64,000 bases of DNA from Candidatus Aminicenantes bacterium. Lineage in GTDB: Bacteria > Acidobacteriota > Aminicenantia > Aminicenantales > Saccharicenantaceae. Both the position numbers and the translations under genes were made by a program. This document shows positions 59,497 through 64,000 of this stretch, piece after piece; position 1 is the stretch's first letter, and the number at the start of each line of letters is the position of its first letter. The DNA lies in NCBI GenBank assembly GCA_963736255.1, contig CAVTOI010000002.1, positions 428,411 through 492,410 on the forward strand. The letters are read 5' to 3'. The notes beneath the pieces are model-generated. The model searched no databases, was not told where the DNA came from, and was given only the letters and a program-made list of their open reading frames with translations.

Positions 59497-60777
59497 GTGA
59501 AGATCCTGATCGTCGGCTCCGGCGGCCGCGAGCACGCGCTGGCCTGGAAGATCGCCAAGAGCCCGCGCGCCGAGAAGATCTACTGCGCGCCGGGCAACGG
59601 CGGGACGCGGCTCGTCGCCGAGAACGTCCCGCTGGCCGATACCGACATCGCCGGGCTGGCCGATTTCGCCGAGCGGGAGAAGATCGGCCTGACCGTCGTC
59701 GGCCCCGAGGTCCCGCTGACCATGGGCATCGTCGACGAGTTCGAGCGGCGGGGCCTCAGGGTCTTCGGCCCCTCAAAGAAAGCGGCCGAGATCGAGGGCA
59801 GCAAGGTCTTTGCCAAGGAGTTCATGAGCCGCCACCGGATCCCGACCGGCCGGTTCAAGGTCGCCGACAGCTACGACGAGGCCCGCAAGGTCCTGGCCTC
59901 GGGCGAGTTCGGCTTCCCGGTTGTCGTCAAGGCTGACGGTCTTGCCGCAGGCAAAGGGGTCGTCGTCTCCGCGACGCAGAAGAAGGCCGAGGAGACGGCC
60001 GGGGAGATGCTCGTCGAGAAGAAATTCGGGCCGGCGGGCCGCCGGATCGTCATCGAGGAGTTCCTCCGCGGCCGCGAGGTGTCGTTCATCGTCATCTCCG
60101 ACGGCCTGCGCGTCCAGCCACTGGTCACGGCCATGGACCACAAGGCGGCCTATGACGGGGACAAGGGGCCGAACACGGGCGGCATGGGGGCCATTTCCCC
60201 GTCACCGCTCATGACGGAGAAGCTCTTCGACGAAGTCATGACCACGGTCATCACGCCCACGGTCACGCGCCTGCTCGAGGAAGGGCGGAAGTTCAAGGGC
60301 GTTCTCTACGCCGGGCTGATGATCACCGAACAGGGCCCGCGGGTCCTCGAATTCAACGGACGCTTCGGCGACCCCGAGACCCAGCCCCAGATGGTCCGTC
60401 TCGACAGCGATCTGGTCGACCTCTTGTGCGCGGCCGTTGAAGAGGACGTCCTGAGGACCGAGGTCCGCTGGTCGCCCAAGCCTTCGGGCTGCGTCGTCGT
60501 GGTCTCGGGCGGCTATCCCGTCCACTACGAGAAAGGCAAGATCATCTCCGGTCTCGCCGAGGCCGAGGCGATCCCCGGAGTGACCGTCTTCCACGCCGGG
60601 ACGAAGTTCGATAACGGCAAGTACCTGACGGCGGGCGGCCGCGTTCTCGACGTCTGTGCGTCCGAAAATACCCTGGCCGCGACCATGGGCAAGATCTACG
60701 AAGCCTGCGGCCACATCGACTTCGAAGCCAAGCACTATCGCCGGGACATCGGCGCGGTCAAGGAGGGGCGGACATGA
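59497..60777 (+). CDS. purD: Phosphoribosylamine--glycine ligase.
   Basis: GTG start VKILIVGSGGREHALAWK...VVKADGLAAGKGV. Confidence 0.85.
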   Translation: MKILIVGSGGREHALAWKIAKSPRAEKIYCAPGNGGTRLVAENVPLADTDIAGLADFAEREKIGLTVVGPEVPLTMGIVDEFERRGLRVFGPSKKAAEIEGSKVFAKEFMSRHRIPTGRFKVADSYDEARKVLASGEFGFPVVVKADGLAAGKGVVVSATQKKAEETAGEMLVEKKFGPAGRRIVIEEFLRGREVSFIVISDGLRVQPLVTAMDHKAAYDGDKGPNTGGMGAISPSPLMTEKLFDEVMTTVITPTVTRLLEEGRKFKGVLYAGLMITEQGPRVLEFNGRFGDPETQPQMVRLDSDLVDLLCAAVEEDVLRTEVRWSPKPSGCVVVVSGGYPVHYEKGKIISGLAEAEAIPGVTVFHAGTKFDNGKYLTAGGRVLDVCASENTLAATMGKIYEACGHIDFEAKHYRRDIGAVKEGRT

Positions 60778-61265
60778 TGGTCACCATCTTTCTCGGCAGC
60801 GAGTCGGACTTCGGGACGATCGAGGAGGCGCTCGGCGTCCTCAAGGATTTCGGCGTCCCCTTCGGGCTCGAGGTGACCTCCGCCCATCGCTCGCCTGAGC
60901 GAACGGTCCGCCTGGTGAAGTCGTCGGAGGCCGCGGGGACCGGCGTCTTCATCGCCGTGGCCGGAAAGGCCGCCCATCTCGCAGGCGTCGTCGCCGCGCA
61001 TACAGTGAAGCCGGTCATCGGCGTCCCCGTCGAGAGCGAGGCCCTGGCCGGGTACGACGCCCTGCTGTCGACCGTCCAGATGCCCAAGGGAGTGCCCGTG
61101 GCCACCATGGCCCTGGGCAAGCACGGCGGCGTCAACGCCGCCATCCTCGCGGTCGAGATCCTGGCCCTGACGGACGAGGCGCTGGGGAAGAAGCTGGCCG
61201 CCTTCCGGGCCCGGATGGCCGAAAAGGTCGAAGCCGCATCCGCCAAGCTCAAAGAAAAGCTGTAG
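60774..61265 (+). CDS. purE: N5-carboxyaminoimidazole ribonucleotide mutase.
   Basis: MMVTIFLGSESDF...VTSAHRSPERT...FIAVAGKAAHLAGVVAAHT. Confidence 0.85.
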   Translation: MMVTIFLGSESDFGTIEEALGVLKDFGVPFGLEVTSAHRSPERTVRLVKSSEAAGTGVFIAVAGKAAHLAGVVAAHTVKPVIGVPVESEALAGYDALLSTVQMPKGVPVATMALGKHGGVNAAILAVEILALTDEALGKKLAAFRARMAEKVEAASAKLKEKL

Positions 61266-61273
61266 CGTCCGGC

Positions 61274-62563
61274 ATGCCTTCGTTCGCCGTCCGGAACTTC
61301 GGCTGCCGCGTCAACCAAGCCGAAGCTTTCGCCTGGGCGGACGAATTCCGGGACCGGGGCTTGCGCCTCGAGGAGGATTGGGGCCGGAGCGACGTCGTCG
61401 TGGTCAACTCCTGTACTCTCACCGGGCGGGCCGACCGGGACGTCCGGAAGTTCATCCGGGCCGTCGCCCGGGAGAACCCCGCGGCGCGGATCGTCGTCAC
61501 AGGGTGCTATGCCGAGCGGGCGCCGGCCGAGATCGCGGCCATGCCCGGGGTCGTCGCCGTTCTGCCCCAGAGCGCCAAATCGCGGCTTGCCGCGAGCGTC
61601 ATCGCGCTCGACGGGCTGCGCGGACTTCCCGAGCGCGGCGGGACCTGTGGCCAGATCTCCGGAGCGGAAGCCGACCCCGAAGCGTCCCTCCGGGCTCGGG
61701 CCTACCTGAAGGTCCAGGACGGCTGCAACGACCGTTGCGCGTACTGTGTCATCCCCAGCGTCAGGGGGCGGAGCCGGAGCGTCCCGACCGCCGTCGTCAA
61801 GGCCTCGGTCAAGGACATGGCCGGCCGCGGCTTCCGCGAGATCGTGCTAGCGGGGATCCACCTTTCCTCCTATGGGGAAGACCTCGAGCCCCGGACTTCT
61901 CTCCTCAGGCTCCTCGACGAGATCGGTCCCGCCGCCGGCGCCGCGCGCCTCAGGCTGAGCTCCCTCGATCCGAGAAAGACGGATGACGCCTTTGTGACGC
62001 AGGTCGCGGGGGATGAGCGGATCTGCCCTCACGTTCATCTCTCGCTCCAGCATGCCGCGGGCCGCGTTCTCCGGTCGATGGGCCGGCCCGTCGAGGCGGG
62101 ATCGTACGAGGCGACATTGGACCGGTGGAGCCGCCTGGCGCCTGAAGCGGCGCTCGGAGCGGACATCATGGTCGGGTTCCCCGGCGAGACGGAGACCGAT
62201 TTTGACGCCATGAGAGGCTTCCTCGACCGGTCCCCTCTGACGTACTTCCATGTGTTCTCCTATTCGGCGCGGCAGGGGACCCCGGCCGCGGCCCGTCCCC
62301 GGGTCCCGGACGGCGTCGTCACGGAGAGGGCCAAGGCCCTCCGCCGCCTCTCGGCCATGAAGGATTTCCGCTTCAGGCGACGCTTCATCGGGCGCGAGCT
62401 CGAGGCCGTGGTCATCGACAAGTCGGACCGGGGGGCCCTGGCGCTGACGGGGAATTTCATCAAGGTGTCCGTGCCGGCATGCCCGGCGCCGGAGCGGGAG
62501 ATCGTCCGCGTCGCGCTGCGCCGGGTCCTGCCGCGCCGGACGGAAGGCGAGATCGTCCTATGA
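61274..62563 (+). CDS. mtaB: MiaB-like tRNA methylthiotransferase (MtaB type).
   Basis: The MTTase N-terminal Cys motifs are FGCRVNQAE, VNSCTLT and VTGCYA. The radical SAM motif is CNDRCAYCVIP, and there is a TRAM-like C-terminus. Confidence 0.8.
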   Translation: MPSFAVRNFGCRVNQAEAFAWADEFRDRGLRLEEDWGRSDVVVVNSCTLTGRADRDVRKFIRAVARENPAARIVVTGCYAERAPAEIAAMPGVVAVLPQSAKSRLAASVIALDGLRGLPERGGTCGQISGAEADPEASLRARAYLKVQDGCNDRCAYCVIPSVRGRSRSVPTAVVKASVKDMAGRGFREIVLAGIHLSSYGEDLEPRTSLLRLLDEIGPAAGAARLRLSSLDPRKTDDAFVTQVAGDERICPHVHLSLQHAAGRVLRSMGRPVEAGSYEATLDRWSRLAPEAALGADIMVGFPGETETDFDAMRGFLDRSPLTYFHVFSYSARQGTPAAARPRVPDGVVTERAKALRRLSAMKDFRFRRRFIGRELEAVVIDKSDRGALALTGNFIKVSVPACPAPEREIVRVALRRVLPRRTEGEIVL

Positions 62564-64000
62564 AAAAGATCCATCTGCTGCCCGAGGACGTGGCCCAGAA
62601 GATCGCCGCCGGCGAGGTCATCGAGAGGCCCGTGTCGGTCGTCAAGGAGCTCGTCGAGAACTCTCTCGACGCCGGGGCGTCCGAGATCCGCGTCGAGCTC
62701 GTCGACGGCGGCAAGGGCCTCATCAAGGTCCACGACAACGGCTCCGGCATGGACCGCGAGGACGCGGCGCTTTGCTTCCGCCGCCACTCGACGAGCAAGA
62801 TCGCCAAGGAAGAGGACCTGGAGCGGATCGCGACGCTCGGCTTCCGCGGCGAGGCCCTGGCCTCGATCGCCGCCGTCTCCCGGCTGACGCTCAGGACCTT
62901 CGACGGCGAGGGTGACCGGGGCACGATGATCGAACGGGAGGGGGAGCGCCTCGTCGCCGTCACCGATATCGCCTTCCCGCGGGGCACGAGCGTCGAGGTC
63001 CGGGACCTGTTTTTCAACTTGCCGGCCCGGCGCAAGTTCCTCCGCTCGGCCCAGTCCGAGCTCGGGCCCGTGGCCAAATATGTGACACAGGCCGCGCTGG
63101 CCTCCCCCGGGGTCCGCTTCACGCTCGTCCACGGGGCCCGCGAGACGATCTCCTGTTCGCCGGTCGCGACCCTCAGAGAGCGCGTCTTCCAGATCTTCGG
63201 CAAAAAGATGGTCGAAGGGCTCATGGACGTCGCCGCGGAGGACGGGGAGGCCCGTATCGAGGGCCTGTCGTCGCTGCCCCTGGCGGGCCGCGCCGACAAG
63301 TCGGTCCAGCACTTCTTTGTCAACGGCCGCCCGGTCAAGGACAGGGTCCTCACGGCCGCGCTGAACCAGGCTTATATGGGTATCCTCGAGCGGGGACGGT
63401 CACCGGAGGCCTTCCTCTTCCTGCGCATGCCCTACGCCGATGTCGACGTCAATGTTCACCCGGCCAAGGCCGAGGTCCGATTCATCGATACGCAACGGGT
63501 CTTCCGGCTCGTCCTCAGGGCCGTCGGGGAGGGGGCCGCCCGCGGGCACACCATTAAGGAGGTCGTGCCGGCGGGAGGCGCCGGGGGAACGGCTTCGCGC
63601 ATCGCCGAGGGCGGCCCCGGCTATCAGGCTCCGGGGCTCGAATTCGCTCCGGCCGGAGCGGGCATCTTGACGCCCGGCCTCGTGCCCCGGCCCATTGCGG
63701 GGCATGATTGGATCCCGGCGGGCCCGGCAGGCCAAGGCCCTATGGTGCTCGGCCAATTCGCGAACATGTACATCGTCGCGGCGGGCGAGGACGGCCTGAT
63801 CGTCATCGACCAGCACAACGCCCACGAGCGCGTCCTTTATGACAAGTTCAAGGAGATCGACCGGATGAAGCTGTGGCCGCGCAAGGTCCTCCTCATCCCG
63901 CCTCTCCTGGAGTTGGCGCCGTCGGCGGCGGCCAGCATCGAAGAGAACGCCGCCCTTCTCGACGAGCTCGGCTTCCGGGTCGAGGACATGGGCGGGCGCT
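62560..64000 (+). CDS. mutL: DNA mismatch repair protein MutL. The 3' end is off-window and the gene is absent from the ORF track because no stop lies in the window.
   Basis: MKKIHLLPEDVAQKIAAGEVIERPVSVVKELVENSLDAGASEIRVEL...GFRGEALASIA. It has an ATGA overlap with the mtaB stop. Confidence 0.85.
   Translation, partial: MKKIHLLPEDVAQKIAAGEVIERPVSVVKELVENSLDAGASEIRVELVDGGKGLIKVHDNGSGMDREDAALCFRRHSTSKIAKEEDLERIATLGFRGEALASIAAVSRLTLRTFDGEGDRGTMIEREGERLVAVTDIAFPRGTSVEVRDLFFNLPARRKFLRSAQSELGPVAKYVTQAALASPGVRFTLVHGARETISCSPVATLRERVFQIFGKKMVEGLMDVAAEDGEARIEGLSSLPLAGRADKSVQHFFVNGRPVKDRVLTAALNQAYMGILERGRSPEAFLFLRMPYADVDVNVHPAKAEVRFIDTQRVFRLVLRAVGEGAARGHTIKEVVPAGGAGGTASRIAEGGPGYQAPGLEFAPAGAGILTPGLVPRPIAGHDWIPAGPAGQGPMVLGQFANMYIVAAGEDGLIVIDQHNAHERVLYDKFKEIDRMKLWPRKVLLIPPLLELAPSAAASIEENAALLDELGFRVEDMGGR

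Overview
This is a high-GC (about 68-70%) bacterial chromosomal window with roughly 50 protein-coding genes on both strands. I found no rRNA, tRNA or CRISPR. Most content is core and envelope metabolism: M28 and M14 peptidases, alkaline phosphatase, a GH35 beta-galactosidase, GH172/DUF2961, a cobalamin-riboswitch-controlled TonB receptor, an aromatic amino acid decarboxylase, a PAS hybrid kinase with a CheR-PAS partner, a split preQ1 pathway (queF plus queCDE), tatAC, ctpA, rpiB, glyA-like, purD, purE, mtaB and mutL. About a dozen genes carry internal frameshifts (AP, the HEAT/DUF1080 protein, fhs, GH35, EamA, the SIS protein and others). That is more consistent with indel-prone assembly than with mass pseudogenization. 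The most notable items are these. (1) A strongly promoted operon of two Ddl-like ATP-grasp ligases, a GNAT and a lysine 2,3-aminomutase, possibly an N-acetyl-beta-lysine peptide pathway. (2) It is immediately followed by a Y1 (RAYT/IS200-like) transposase element with perfect 31-bp terminal inverted repeats whose TAA ends supply the stop codons of both neighbours, and a cognate 140-bp REPIN/MITE-like derivative sits at 24.9 kb. (3) A Cys-rich 67-aa protein is translationally coupled to a radical SAM enzyme inside the preQ1 cluster. (4) Tandem M14 paralogs, the first apparently catalytically dead and carrying a Gly/Met-rich insertion. (5) Duplicated MITE-like repeats between convergent genes, and palindromic operator-like sites upstream of ctpA.
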